IMG/VR virus record: IMGVR_UViG_3300018065_000012 | Length of the DNA: 46,881 bases | From: a virus | Taxonomy: Duplodnaviria > Heunggongvirae > Uroviricota > Caudoviricetes | Strand: one strand, 5' to 3' | Shown here: positions 13,245 through 23,464 of the stretch, one piece after another | Position numbering within the stretch: position 1 is the stretch's first letter | Layout of the letters: each line of letters starts with the position of its first letter | Notes under the pieces: generated by a model | Database searches by the model: none | What the model saw: the letters and a program-made list of their open reading frames with translations, nothing else | Told to the model about the DNA's origin: nothing | Translations under genes and position numbers: made by a program

Positions 13245-13424
13245 TATTTCTCTTTTCTGTAAAATTCCTCACAACGTTCATTCCTTTGTCGCAATTCCAT
13301 TCCTGACAAAAACTTACCAGCAAGAACTATTTTCTATCAATTGTCGCTAACTGCTTCTTTTTTTTTATATTTTGCAGTTAGTAGATGGTATAGACTTCCC
13401 GCGTGGATTTCGTGAGGTCAAAGG

Positions 13425-14399
13425 ATGAAACAATACATTGTTACTGGACGCTTCTTTGCGGGACCGTTGAAGCGATCAATCCCGGTAAATGCATATTTCT
13501 ATGAATATGAGGAACAATCAAAGCTGGTAATGACAAATGCTCCGGACAGTAGCAATTTGTCGAATCAGCTCCTAACAAAATTTAATTACAGCGATGGAGA
13601 TTCAGTAGGTTGGTTCAAAAGCCTTGTTCATGTTCATCATGTTAATTACATTGTCTATCTTCAAGACCTGCCAGAAAGCGTTTTGGACCTTACGGGTCCA
13701 GATGGTATTCTTGATGCAAGCGATGTAAACAATGATTCGTCCGTAACGGGAACGACGGTCAAGGATGCGCTTGAAAATCTCGCAGCAGGTGCATTGGTCA
13801 TTGTCGACATCCTTGCAAACCGTCCGGCGTTTGGAGTTCAAGGGCGGGCGTTTTGGGCAACAGATACTCAACAATTTTTCATTGATACAGGAACTTCTTG
13901 GGATTTAGTTTCTGGCGGTGGTTCAGGTTTTGTTCTGAATCGAGACTTGGACTATTTCAACGGGAACACTTCACCACTCAGAGCAGATGCAGATGTTTAC
14001 GGCTTTGAAGATGCGGCTTCGTTTCTTCCTTCTGTTGATAATGATGTGATTTTCAAAGTTGCTTCTCAGTTGGCATATGCAAATTTGAATACGACGACGA
14101 TTTTCTTACTCTATTTTATGTCAACGTCTGAAGTGGGAAAGAATATTGTGCTGAAATTTGATTACACTGTACACGACAACGGAGAAGCTTACAATGCGGG
14201 TACGGCTTACAGTTCAAGTCATACAGTTGCGACGCCAAACAATGCAAACATGGCAACGATAACTGCGATTACAATACCAAACGCCAATATCACGTCAAGC
14301 ACGGTAGAAGTCGAATGTCGACTAACGCGTGCGGGAACAGACGTTTCCGATACACACTTAGGTGATTTTATTCTCAAACAGCTCTTGGTCACAGGGTAA
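13425..14399 (+). CDS. putative virion structural protein (324 aa)
   Basis: First gene of the structural block, preceded by a 180-nt intergenic region; Asn/Thr/Ser-rich. No motif recognised. Confidence 0.5.
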   Translation: MKQYIVTGRFFAGPLKRSIPVNAYFYEYEEQSKLVMTNAPDSSNLSNQLLTKFNYSDGDSVGWFKSLVHVHHVNYIVYLQDLPESVLDLTGPDGILDASDVNNDSSVTGTTVKDALENLAAGALVIVDILANRPAFGVQGRAFWATDTQQFFIDTGTSWDLVSGGGSGFVLNRDLDYFNGNTSPLRADADVYGFEDAASFLPSVDNDVIFKVASQLAYANLNTTTIFLLYFMSTSEVGKNIVLKFDYTVHDNGEAYNAGTAYSSSHTVATPNNANMATITAITIPNANITSSTVEVECRLTRAGTDVSDTHLGDFILKQLLVTG

Positions 14400-14414
14400 G
14401 GAGGGTCTTAACAA

Positions 14415-17288
14415 ATGTCATTCAGGGAACGACTCATCGGATCAAGAGTTGACAGCGTAGGTGTACAAGTCTCCGTTGTTGACTCAAGATTGGATTCGGT
14501 TGTTGACTCGCGTGTAGCGATCGTTGACAGTCGAATTCAAGTCGGTGATTCGACGGTTTCGAGCGAGGTAACCTCTGTCGGAGTACAAGTGTCGGTTGTT
14601 GACTCGCGTTTGACCGTCGTAAACACTGAGACTACAACGATTGATTCGCGGGTGACTGTCGTCGACTCCCGCGTGGTTGTAATTGACGACGAATTATCGG
14701 TTGTTGATAGTAAGATTGATGTCATCGATACTGAAGTATCAACGCTTGATTCCCGCGTTGTTGTGGTCGATGACGAAGTATCAGTTGTTGACAGCAAGGT
14801 AACAAGTGGTTTCAACGGGACTGACCTGTCAATTACCAATAGCAAGATTGACAGTATTGGTACTGGCGGTGGCGGCGAATCGACGACACAATCGAAGGTT
14901 GACAGTGTTGGTGTTCAAGTTAGCGCTGTTGATTCACAGCTTGTCGTTACTGATTCTGTTGTTGACGTCATTGACAGCGAAGTTACATCAGTCGGCGTTC
15001 AGGTGACAGCGGTTGATTCTGTTCTAACGATTGTTGACTCCACGATTGTTGTCATCGATAGTGAAGTTACATCTGTCGGAACGCAGGTTTCAACAACTGA
15101 TTCACGGCTTGTTGTCGTCGATTCAATCGTTGATGTTATTGACAGCGAAGTTACGTCTGTCGGTACGCAGGTTTCAACGGTTGATAGTAAGATTGACGTC
15201 GTTGATACTGAATTATCAACGGTTGATTCACGCCTCACGGTTGTCGATTCCCGCGTTGTGGTGATTGACGACGAGGTTTCAACGGTAGGTTCCAACGTTC
15301 TGTCCGCGCATGTTGTAACGGACAGTAAGGTTGACAGTGTTGGAGCGCAAGTCAGCACGGTTGATAGCAAGTCCGACGTACAATCCGGCGCTATCAGCAC
15401 ACTGACTGGCATGGTCGATGCGTTGGATAACAACGTAATGGCCAAGTTAATCGTCCCGCCGGTTATCGTTCGTGACGAGACTTCAACCCGTACGATCAGG
15501 GTTTGGTTGTACCTGTACGATGCTGAAGGTACGATGATGGACCCCGACAGCAATCAAGCGTATTTGGAAGTGCTTGATGAAGCTGGGGCGACGGAACTTG
15601 CTCGTGGGTTGATGACGCGGAACGACATTGGTAGGTACTACAGAGATTGGACCATTGCAACGGGGCAATCACTGGAAGCCTATCAGCTTGTTGCTGACTA
15701 TGACGTAACTGGAAGCACGGTTTACCAGACGCGTTACAGTGAGGTCGTAGACGTTGATCCTGATGTCAGTTCTTCAATTGACAGCGTTGGAACGCAGGTA
15801 TCGGTTGTTGACTCCAGAGTCACGGTTGTCGATTCCCGCGTTGTTGTCATTGATACTGAACTGTCGGTTGTTGACAGTAAGATTGATGTTATCGACGACG
15901 AGGTATCGGTTGTTGATAGTAAAATTGACGTTATCGATACTGAGGTATCGGTTGTCAATTCAACAGTTGTTGTCATCGACAGCGAGATTACATCCGTTGG
16001 TGTTCAGGTTTCTACAACTGATTCCAGACTGGTTGTCGTTGACTCGATTGTTGACGTTATCGACAGCGAAGTTACATCAGTCGGTACACAGGTGACAGCG
16101 GTTGATTCTCGCATTGTTGTCGTTGACGACGAACTATCAACGGTTGATAGTAAGGTTGATGTCATTGATGGCGAGGTTGGCGCTGGTTTTGCAGCAACGA
16201 ACCTGTCGGTCGTTAACAGTAAGATTGACAGTGTTGGCGCTGGCGGCAGTAGCGAAAGCACAACACAGTCGAAGGTTGACAGTGTTGGCGTTCAGGTCAG
16301 TGCAGTCGACTCGCAACTGGTTGTTACCGATTCGGTTGTTGATGTCATTGACAGCGAAGTTACATCTGTTGGCGTTCAGGTTACAGCGACTGACTCACGG
16401 GTTACTGTTGTCGATTCACGGGTTGTCGTCATTGATACCGAACTGTCGGTTGTTGACAGTAAGATTGATGTCATCGACACTGAATTGTCAACGGTTGATT
16501 CGCGGGTTGTCGTCATTGATACTGAACTGTCAACGGTGGACTCCAAGGTTGACGTCATTGATGATGAGGTTTCGGCGCTTAACAGTACTGTACTTTCTGC
16601 CCACACTATCACGGATAGCAAAGTTGACAGCGTGGAAGTGGAAGTTCAAAGCGTTGGGACACAAGTGTCGACAACGGATTCCAGAGTCACGGTTGTCGAT
16701 TCGCAGGTCGTTGTTACGGATAGCAAGGTTGTCAGTGGCTTCAACGGGACTGACTTGTCCGTCACGAACAGTAAGGTTGATAGTTTGGCGTCCGTTGCGG
16801 CGACGTCTGTCCAGAAGGCAGAATTCAGGGCTTATATCTGGACAAATGCAAGTGCCAACCTTGTCGACGGTAGCAATGACTACACGGAAATTGCTGCTGG
16901 AACATCGCAGGAAACAAGCTGGGTTGACGCAGGTATTGTCGCCTCGTTGGTCGTCAATGCGCCTGAATCCGGAACAAAAACGGTCAAGGACTGCGAACTT
17001 GACCTTGGTTGGGCCGGACAGATGGATGCAAACGACGGTGACTCGAAATGGATGGTCGTCACGGGCGGTTCTGCAACGGTTACCAGTGCTGAAGATATTC
17101 CCGGCACAGAGGTTGCAGAAACGACCAGCAAGACCACGCGTTGGCGTACAGGGCAGTATGTTAACGCCAACGAAATGGGCACGATGCCCTTTACCCTCAT
17201 GTTGCTCGGTAAAGTGGACAACGGCGCAGACACAGTGACGCTCACTGGTTTGCTTGGCTCGACGGTTGCAGTTGTTTACGAGGTCTAA
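14415..17288 (+). CDS. Fibrous repeat protein (tail-fibre or whisker-like) built from tandem 11-aa (33-nt) VDS[RK]V-type repeats with a globular C-terminal domain
   Basis: 957 aa. Dozens of ...VVDSRVTVVDSRVVVIDTELSVVDSKIDVID... repeats. Large internal duplication (about 14430-15300 versus 15780-16620). Non-repetitive C-terminus 16800-17288. Confidence 0.7.
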   Translation: MSFRERLIGSRVDSVGVQVSVVDSRLDSVVDSRVAIVDSRIQVGDSTVSSEVTSVGVQVSVVDSRLTVVNTETTTIDSRVTVVDSRVVVIDDELSVVDSKIDVIDTEVSTLDSRVVVVDDEVSVVDSKVTSGFNGTDLSITNSKIDSIGTGGGGESTTQSKVDSVGVQVSAVDSQLVVTDSVVDVIDSEVTSVGVQVTAVDSVLTIVDSTIVVIDSEVTSVGTQVSTTDSRLVVVDSIVDVIDSEVTSVGTQVSTVDSKIDVVDTELSTVDSRLTVVDSRVVVIDDEVSTVGSNVLSAHVVTDSKVDSVGAQVSTVDSKSDVQSGAISTLTGMVDALDNNVMAKLIVPPVIVRDETSTRTIRVWLYLYDAEGTMMDPDSNQAYLEVLDEAGATELARGLMTRNDIGRYYRDWTIATGQSLEAYQLVADYDVTGSTVYQTRYSEVVDVDPDVSSSIDSVGTQVSVVDSRVTVVDSRVVVIDTELSVVDSKIDVIDDEVSVVDSKIDVIDTEVSVVNSTVVVIDSEITSVGVQVSTTDSRLVVVDSIVDVIDSEVTSVGTQVTAVDSRIVVVDDELSTVDSKVDVIDGEVGAGFAATNLSVVNSKIDSVGAGGSSESTTQSKVDSVGVQVSAVDSQLVVTDSVVDVIDSEVTSVGVQVTATDSRVTVVDSRVVVIDTELSVVDSKIDVIDTELSTVDSRVVVIDTELSTVDSKVDVIDDEVSALNSTVLSAHTITDSKVDSVEVEVQSVGTQVSTTDSRVTVVDSQVVVTDSKVVSGFNGTDLSVTNSKVDSLASVAATSVQKAEFRAYIWTNASANLVDGSNDYTEIAAGTSQETSWVDAGIVASLVVNAPESGTKTVKDCELDLGWAGQMDANDGDSKWMVVTGGSATVTSAEDIPGTEVAETTSKTTRWRTGQYVNANEMGTMPFTLMLLGKVDNGADTVTLTGLLGSTVAVVYEV

Positions 17289-17304
17289 GTCAAAGCAAGA
17301 AAGG

Positions 17305-17338
17305 CTTGGGAAGGGCTTGAAATATAGCCCTTCCCAAG
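17305..17338 (+). promoter_or_regulatory. perfect 12-bp hairpin CTTGGGAAGGGC-(10 nt)-GCCCTTCCCAAG immediately after the fibre gene stop
   Basis: Perfect inverted repeat 17 nt downstream of TAA 17286-17288. No U-tract, so more likely a stability/processing element or a weak terminator. Confidence 0.45.
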
Positions 17339-17344
17339 TACAAT

Positions 17345-17653
17345 ATGAACGCAGACGATAAGTACAATTTCAAATTCTGCATTATTGGTCAAGAGACAAT
17401 AAGGCAAAAGTTGATGACAATTCGTTTTCTTCGATTGTCACAACAGCCAACGCTCGCGATTGATTCATTTAATGCGGAGAAAAAAGGCATCATTGAAACA
17501 GCCAAATTTGCTATCGTGTTCAGGCCGGAGAAAAAGAACGATCCAATAAAGGAAGTTGGCGCTCTGATTGATAATGGATGGCCTGAATTTCGTATTTTGG
17601 TTGAGGGTGATGACTTCCCGATGTGCGGTATACCATCGGACAATATTGCATGA
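17345..17653 (+). CDS. hypothetical protein (102 aa)
   Basis: ORF-track frame; weak RBS; function unknown. Confidence 0.4.
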   Translation: MNADDKYNFKFCIIGQETIRQKLMTIRFLRLSQQPTLAIDSFNAEKKGIIETAKFAIVFRPEKKNDPIKEVGALIDNGWPEFRILVEGDDFPMCGIPSDNIA

Positions 17654-17665
17654 AATGGAGATGAA

Positions 17666-18796
17666 ATGGGATTGTTTACAGCAGCACATTTCGTTCAAGT
17701 TGCGCCGTGTCGCAGTGGTTTGTACGAAACGACGCGTGAAATTTGCAAAGGACAAATTGAATTTCTGAATTGGGATGCCCGCATGGTAGACGTGACGGGC
17801 ATTTGCACGGCTGGCGGGAAACCGACAAAGAAAAAGGAAGAAAGAGGAGTTCCGCTTGCAAGCGTAAAATGGGCAAAAAAGAAAGCAGATGTTTTCTTTT
17901 TGCACACGGGAATTCCGACGAAAATAGAAGGTTCAAGACCAGCGCTTTACTTTGCTCATGGGATGCCGGAGTATACGTTTTATTCGCAAGTCATGCGCGA
18001 AGTTTCCCCGAGTGAAGCCATTCGGGAACAAAAGCTTAAAAACGCGAATCCGTTCTTTGGCAGTTGGGGTTTAATAGTTCAGATAGCCAAGAAAGACTGG
18101 ATGAAAGGTGCGGTCACCTTATGGCGAAGACATAAGCCATATTGGGAGCCATACTTTGAAAATGTCATTCTTGGAAATCACTTTTGTGATTTGGAACTGT
18201 TTAAGCCGGAAGGAGACAAGGCCGACTATGTTCAGCGGCCAGCAGAAAACGGCGGCTTGAATATTACTTTTGCCGATCATTGGCGTTACACGGCTTTCAA
18301 AGACCCGTTTCAAATATTGCATGGTGCCTATAAGTTTTGCAAGGAGACAAATTCGCGGATTCATTTATATGCCGTGCCCAAGGAAGAAGTAAGGGATATT
18401 CGTCACCCTTGGAATTCGATTATACACGGCGTCAGCGATGAACTGAAAGATACGATTGGTGGTTTTTATGCAGTCCACGCAGATATTGCTTCAGTTCATC
18501 GGGCAGCTGATTTATTGATTACGCCTTCTTGTGATGATACAAGAACAGTGATTGAAGCTTCGGCCTGTGGTTGTCCGGTCCTTGCAAGACATGGGACGGA
18601 AGCGGCAATTTTTCATTGTCGTATGGAAGACCCTGATGAGCTTTACAAGGCATTGAAAGACGTTTACTACAAGTTACAAGACGAGAAAAAGAAAAAGAGT
18701 ATAAAAGAACGATCAAGAGAATTGGTAACGCGCAACAACTTTTCATTGAAAGCTTGTGTGGAGAAGATCGAAACGGGGCTGGCTGAAGCCCTTTAA
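17666..18796 (+). CDS. GT-B fold glycosyltransferase (GT4-like)
   Basis: C-terminal domain with EASACGCPVLA (cf. the EAMACGxPVIA motif of GT1/GT4 glycosyltransferases); 376 aa. Confidence 0.55.
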   Translation: MGLFTAAHFVQVAPCRSGLYETTREICKGQIEFLNWDARMVDVTGICTAGGKPTKKKEERGVPLASVKWAKKKADVFFLHTGIPTKIEGSRPALYFAHGMPEYTFYSQVMREVSPSEAIREQKLKNANPFFGSWGLIVQIAKKDWMKGAVTLWRRHKPYWEPYFENVILGNHFCDLELFKPEGDKADYVQRPAENGGLNITFADHWRYTAFKDPFQILHGAYKFCKETNSRIHLYAVPKEEVRDIRHPWNSIIHGVSDELKDTIGGFYAVHADIASVHRAADLLITPSCDDTRTVIEASACGCPVLARHGTEAAIFHCRMEDPDELYKALKDVYYKLQDEKKKKSIKERSRELVTRNNFSLKACVEKIETGLAEAL

Positions 18797-18838
18797 TAAA
18801 GTGTCGCAGTGCGGTGAGCTTTTGATAATATCAAGAGC

Positions 18839-18872
18839 GAAACATTGTCTCAGTTGTAGCCAACAATGTTTC
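18839..18872 (+). promoter_or_regulatory. 10-bp perfect hairpin GAAACATTGT-(14 nt)-ACAATGTTTC in the intergenic region
   Basis: Inverted repeat between the GT gene and the next structural gene. Confidence 0.35.
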
Positions 18873-18990
18873 TTGCCGCAGGGAGAAATTGGAGAGAGAA
18901 GTAATTTGCACTTTTTCTTTCTTTCCCTGCCCGTGGTCCGCACTCCCATTTTATTCTGCATTAGTTGAAAATGCTCGAAGGAGATGAAAA

Positions 18991-21873
18991 ATGGGATTGA
19001 CTGGTTCTCAAAGGGCAGAGAAGGTTGGATTCACTTACACACCTACAAATTACATTCCTGTTCCAGTTTACAGTGAGTCGACAAACAAGGTATCTGCCCA
19101 TCTAAAAGGCATCGACAATGCCCTTGTCGGCAGTGGCGCTGTAAGTGCAGTCAACGTACCAACAGATACGAGTAATTTTGATCAAATACTTTCTTCTGCC
19201 GATACGAATGTTCAGTTGGCATTGGAAACGCTTGATAGTCTTGGTGGATATTTTCCTTTGAGTGCAAGTGCTGTTGGCGTTGTAACGGATAATTTCGACG
19301 ACATTCTTTCCTCTGCCGACGACACGGTTCAAAAAGCATTTGACACACTTGACGACCACGACCACTATTCTGAAGGGTTGTTTGAGGACCGTCCAGCACC
19401 AAGCACTGAAGGCCGTTGGTACAATGCAACAGACAACAGGCAGCTTTTCATCGACAACGGAACACAATGGAGAGAAGTTGCTGCTTTGGGGACGTCTGCT
19501 CCAACGATTTATGAACGTCACGTAGCGACGGCAGCGCAGACGGTCTTTGATCTTTCAAGCCATTACGATGTAGGCGTCAACGCGCTTCAGGTCTATGTAA
19601 ACGGTGAAAGACAAACTGTTGGCGCAAGCAATGATTATGTTGAAACGGATTCTGATACAATCACATTCAATGCGGGGTTGAACGCTTCTGATGAAGTAAT
19701 TTTCTTGCAGCACGCCGGTGGTGCCAAATCGATTATTACAGCGAGAACAGATTTCACGGCAACAGGTGGACAAACTGAATTCAATCTTTCATTCAGTTAT
19801 CGTCCCGGCTATCAAGACATCCTTGTTTATTCATCGGGTGTTGTTCAAAGAGTTGGTGCCAGCTATGACTATTTGGAAACAGATGAAACAACTGTAACGT
19901 TCAATTCTGGCCGTGCCCTCAATGAGCAAATTGCTATCATAAGGATTGGTTCAAACGATGCTGGTACAGTCGGGTTGTATGACAGACATGTTGCTACAGC
20001 AGGACAAACAGTTTTCAATTTGGCTGGTGCATATCCAACGGGTACAAATGCGTTGTTAGTGTTCAAAAATGGCGCATTGCTTTCGGTCACGGCTGACTAC
20101 ACTGAAACAGATGGCGATACGGTTACGCTTACCGCTCCTGCCAATCTCAGCGATGTTCTGATCTTCCGTATTCCTTATGGAGATACGGAAGTTGGAACAG
20201 GTGGCCCAGCGATCAACGTGACGACGGATACGAGTAATTTTGATCAAATACTTTCTTCTGCTGATACAACTGTTCAAGCGGCATTGGAAACGCTTGACAG
20301 TCTTGGTGGATATTTCCCACTTAGCGCAAGTGCGGTTGGAGTTGCAACAGATGATTTTGATGACTTCATTTTGACTTCTGCCGACGACACGGTTCAAAAA
20401 GCGTTGGATACACTGGATGACCATGACCATTATGTTGAAGGCTTGTTCTCAAATCGCCCCGCTGCTGGTATTGAAGGCCGTTGGTATTACGCTACTGATA
20501 CGGGTATTCTATATGCGGATAATGGAATTGCTTGGAGGGAAGTATCTGCCAACGTTGCCGCCAGTGCTGTGAGCGTCGCTACAAGCGGTTTTGGCGGTTT
20601 CATTCTTGATTCTGACGATGACACAGCTCAAAAAGCTTTCGATACGCTGGACGATCACGATCACTATGTTGAAGGATTATTGGATGATCGTCCTGCTTTT
20701 GGAATTGATGGGCGGTGGTACCGAGCAACTGATACAGGACAACTCTTTGTAGACAATGGTTCCTCTTGGAACGAAGTTGCTGCAATTGGTACTGGCGCTC
20801 CAACGTTATATGAGCGTCACGTTGCGACAGCGGCTCAAACAGTCTTCGATCTTTCGACCAATTATGATACGGGAGTAAACGCACTTCAGGTTTATCGTAA
20901 TGGAAACAGGCAGACTGTAGGGGCCACCAATGATTATGTAGAAACTGATTCCGATACGGTAACTTTTAATGTTGGTTTGGACGCCAGTGATGAAGTAATT
21001 TTCATTCAGTTCTCAGGCGGTGCAAAGACGGTCATTACAGCGCGTGCAGATTTTGCCGCTACCGCTGGACAAACCGTTTTTGATTTGCCGTTTACATATC
21101 GTCCCGGCTACCAAGACATTCAGGTGTATTCTGGTGGCTTAATTCAGCGTCTTGGCGGCAGTTATGATTATCTGGAAACGGATGCTGATACCATCACCTT
21201 CAATGTTGGGCGTGTTCTGAATGAAAACGTCACTGTCTTGAAGATGGGCGGCAATGAAGCTGGCACAGTCGGGTTGTATGAGAAACATGTAGCTACTGCC
21301 GCACAGACAGTTTTCAATTTGACAGGTACTTATCCTGTTGGCACACACTCTCTGCTCGTTTTTCAAGAAGGTGCGTTGCTTACGATTGGCGACGACTATA
21401 CTGAAACGGACGCTGACACGGTAACGTTGACTGTTGGTGCTACTGTTAGCGACGTACTTCTTTTCCGTGTGATGAATGGCGACACGGAACTTTCAGCGCA
21501 CGATATTGACTACCATAGTGATTATCCGACAGGTTTGCATCCGTATGAGGCGAGTACAGCGGGTGTGGGTAGTCCAAACATCTTGTTGGATTCCGAAAGC
21601 GGCTTGACGGTTTCCAATGTCGGAGCAGGAGCGGAAAACTACAACACGTTGCCTTCTGCTGTGGCTGGTTTGAAGTACACATTCATTTGCGAGAATGCCA
21701 ATGGTATTCGGGCAACTGCTGCGGCTGGCGATACGGTGCGTGTTGGCAGCAATGTGAGTGCTGCTGCTGGATACGCAAGGGCTACTACAGTTGGAAATGC
21801 TGTTACGCTTGTTGCTGTAGACTCAACACAATGGATAGCGACTTCTGTTGTCGGTGTATGGACTGTTGTGTAA
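18991..21873 (+). CDS. Large structural protein (960 aa) with an internal duplication of about 400 aa and Ig-like/beta-sandwich-type repeats
   Basis: GAAGGAGA SD. Repeated blocks such as ...YERHVATAAQTVFDLS..GVNALQVYVNGERQTVGASNDYVETDSDTITFN... occur twice (about 19500-20200 and 20800-21450), and the DTSNFDQILSSADT...HDHY motif occurs three times. Confidence 0.6.
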   Translation: MGLTGSQRAEKVGFTYTPTNYIPVPVYSESTNKVSAHLKGIDNALVGSGAVSAVNVPTDTSNFDQILSSADTNVQLALETLDSLGGYFPLSASAVGVVTDNFDDILSSADDTVQKAFDTLDDHDHYSEGLFEDRPAPSTEGRWYNATDNRQLFIDNGTQWREVAALGTSAPTIYERHVATAAQTVFDLSSHYDVGVNALQVYVNGERQTVGASNDYVETDSDTITFNAGLNASDEVIFLQHAGGAKSIITARTDFTATGGQTEFNLSFSYRPGYQDILVYSSGVVQRVGASYDYLETDETTVTFNSGRALNEQIAIIRIGSNDAGTVGLYDRHVATAGQTVFNLAGAYPTGTNALLVFKNGALLSVTADYTETDGDTVTLTAPANLSDVLIFRIPYGDTEVGTGGPAINVTTDTSNFDQILSSADTTVQAALETLDSLGGYFPLSASAVGVATDDFDDFILTSADDTVQKALDTLDDHDHYVEGLFSNRPAAGIEGRWYYATDTGILYADNGIAWREVSANVAASAVSVATSGFGGFILDSDDDTAQKAFDTLDDHDHYVEGLLDDRPAFGIDGRWYRATDTGQLFVDNGSSWNEVAAIGTGAPTLYERHVATAAQTVFDLSTNYDTGVNALQVYRNGNRQTVGATNDYVETDSDTVTFNVGLDASDEVIFIQFSGGAKTVITARADFAATAGQTVFDLPFTYRPGYQDIQVYSGGLIQRLGGSYDYLETDADTITFNVGRVLNENVTVLKMGGNEAGTVGLYEKHVATAAQTVFNLTGTYPVGTHSLLVFQEGALLTIGDDYTETDADTVTLTVGATVSDVLLFRVMNGDTELSAHDIDYHSDYPTGLHPYEASTAGVGSPNILLDSESGLTVSNVGAGAENYNTLPSAVAGLKYTFICENANGIRATAAAGDTVRVGSNVSAAAGYARATTVGNAVTLVAVDSTQWIATSVVGVWTVV

Positions 21874-21885
21874 GGAACTTGACTG

Positions 21886-22650
21886 ATGACAAAGACAGTA
21901 GTTCCAGCGCATAGTATTGATGCGTTGATGAACAAAAAACTGTTGCGGAATCTGGAAATTCATAGCAACGCTGCCGCTGCAATATCCAAAGTTGATATTG
22001 ATTCTGGTATTGTTGCTTCTGAGGATGGCACAACCGTAATGAAAGTCAGCAGTCCTATCACTGTTGACATTGCTGCTTCCGGTGTCAATGGTCTTGACAC
22101 GGGCAGCGAAGCAGTTTCAACGTGGTATTACCTTTATATCATTTACAATCCAACGACTGATACCGAAGCTGGACTATTTTCGATTTCTGCTTCGAGTCCT
22201 ACAATGCCAAGTGGGTATACGAAAAAACGTTTGGTCAGCGCCATTTACAATCAATCTGGTGGTGACTTCTTAACATTCAAACAAGAGAACTACGAGTTTT
22301 ATCTGCTTGGTCGGCAAAGCGTCATATACGGTGGAACTGCTACGGCTTGGACTCCTCTAACAATGAGCAGTTATGTTCCAAGTAATATTTGTCGCACGGC
22401 TAAACTGAATTTGGTTGCTTTTTATGGCAGTACGAATGTTGGTACGGAATGGAGCCAACTTGCATGGAAAACAGGAACGGCTTGGACGCAGATTGATTGG
22501 CGTCGTGGAGTAAGTGGTGATTATATTGTGAATTCGCAAACATTTGATATACCATTGGACACGAAATCACCACCGACAATTTGGTATCGGAATTCAAATT
22601 CGGACTCACATTTTCGAGTATATGTCAACGGATGTAGATTGCAATTGTAG
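21886..22650 (+). CDS. Tandem paralog 1 of 6 (about 255-aa family, function unknown, probably virion-associated)
   Basis: Shared motifs: MTKTVVPAHSI, GLDTGSEAVSTWYYLYIIYNP, SSPTMPSGYTKKRL, PSNICRTAK, DIPLDTKSPPTIWY, C-terminal GCRLxL. Confidence 0.6.
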   Translation: MTKTVVPAHSIDALMNKKLLRNLEIHSNAAAAISKVDIDSGIVASEDGTTVMKVSSPITVDIAASGVNGLDTGSEAVSTWYYLYIIYNPTTDTEAGLFSISASSPTMPSGYTKKRLVSAIYNQSGGDFLTFKQENYEFYLLGRQSVIYGGTATAWTPLTMSSYVPSNICRTAKLNLVAFYGSTNVGTEWSQLAWKTGTAWTQIDWRRGVSGDYIVNSQTFDIPLDTKSPPTIWYRNSNSDSHFRVYVNGCRLQL

Positions 22651-22671
22651 AATCACTAAAGGACTTGACCG

Positions 22672-23439
22672 ATGACAAAGACAACAGTTCCAGCGCACAG
22701 TATGGAAGCGCTGATGAATAAAAAACTGTTGCGGAATCTGGAAATTCATAGCAACGCTGCCGCTGCGATTTCCAAGGTTGACATTGATTCTGGTCTTGTA
22801 GGCAGTGATGATGGAACGACTATAATGGAAGTTCCGAGTACCATTACGGTGGACATTGCGGCTTCAGGGGCTAATGGTCTTGATACAGGTTCAGAAGCGG
22901 TTTCGACTTGGTATTACTTGTACTTGATTTACAATCCAAGCACGGACACTGAGGCTGGATTGTTTTCAGCAAGCGCAAGCAGCCCCACGATGCCAAGTGG
23001 GTATACGAAGAAGCGTTTGATAAGCGCCGTCTATAATCATTCAGGTGGCGATTTTTTGACGTTCAGACAAGATGATTATGAATTTTATCAGCTTGGTTAT
23101 CAAAGTGTTTTAGCGGCTGGAACTGCTACGTCTTGGACTGCTGTTACAATGGGCAATTTTATTCCGAGTAATATTTGTCGCACAGCTAAAATGCTTGGGC
23201 TTGCTATTTACGGTGGTACGGCTGGCGTCAATAGCCGACAAAGCTATATTGCGTGGAAAACGGGAACAATTTGGACAGGTCTTATGTGGCGACGTGGGGC
23301 AAGTGGTGACCTTAATATCAATACGCAAACATTGGATATACCATTGGACACAAAATCACCGCCGACAATTTGGTATTATAACACACACGCAGCTTCAAAT
23401 TTTAATTTGTACGTTGTTGGATGTAGGCTGAACTTGTAA
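22672..23439 (+). CDS. Tandem paralog 2 of 6
   Basis: About 80% identical to paralog 1 by eye. Confidence 0.6.
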   Translation: MTKTTVPAHSMEALMNKKLLRNLEIHSNAAAAISKVDIDSGLVGSDDGTTIMEVPSTITVDIAASGANGLDTGSEAVSTWYYLYLIYNPSTDTEAGLFSASASSPTMPSGYTKKRLISAVYNHSGGDFLTFRQDDYEFYQLGYQSVLAAGTATSWTAVTMGNFIPSNICRTAKMLGLAIYGGTAGVNSRQSYIAWKTGTIWTGLMWRRGASGDLNINTQTLDIPLDTKSPPTIWYYNTHAASNFNLYVVGCRLNL

Positions 23440-23464
23440 AGAGAAATCTGGAAGAGGACTTGTA

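Noticed and set aside
14537-17245. Minus-strand and alternative-frame ORFs inside the fibre gene (14537-14845, 14999-15553, 16102-17238 and others)
   Set aside because: They are generated by the 33-nt periodic repeat (Ser/Thr/Val-rich shadow frames). The 957-aa plus-strand frame has an RBS and spans the whole repeat.
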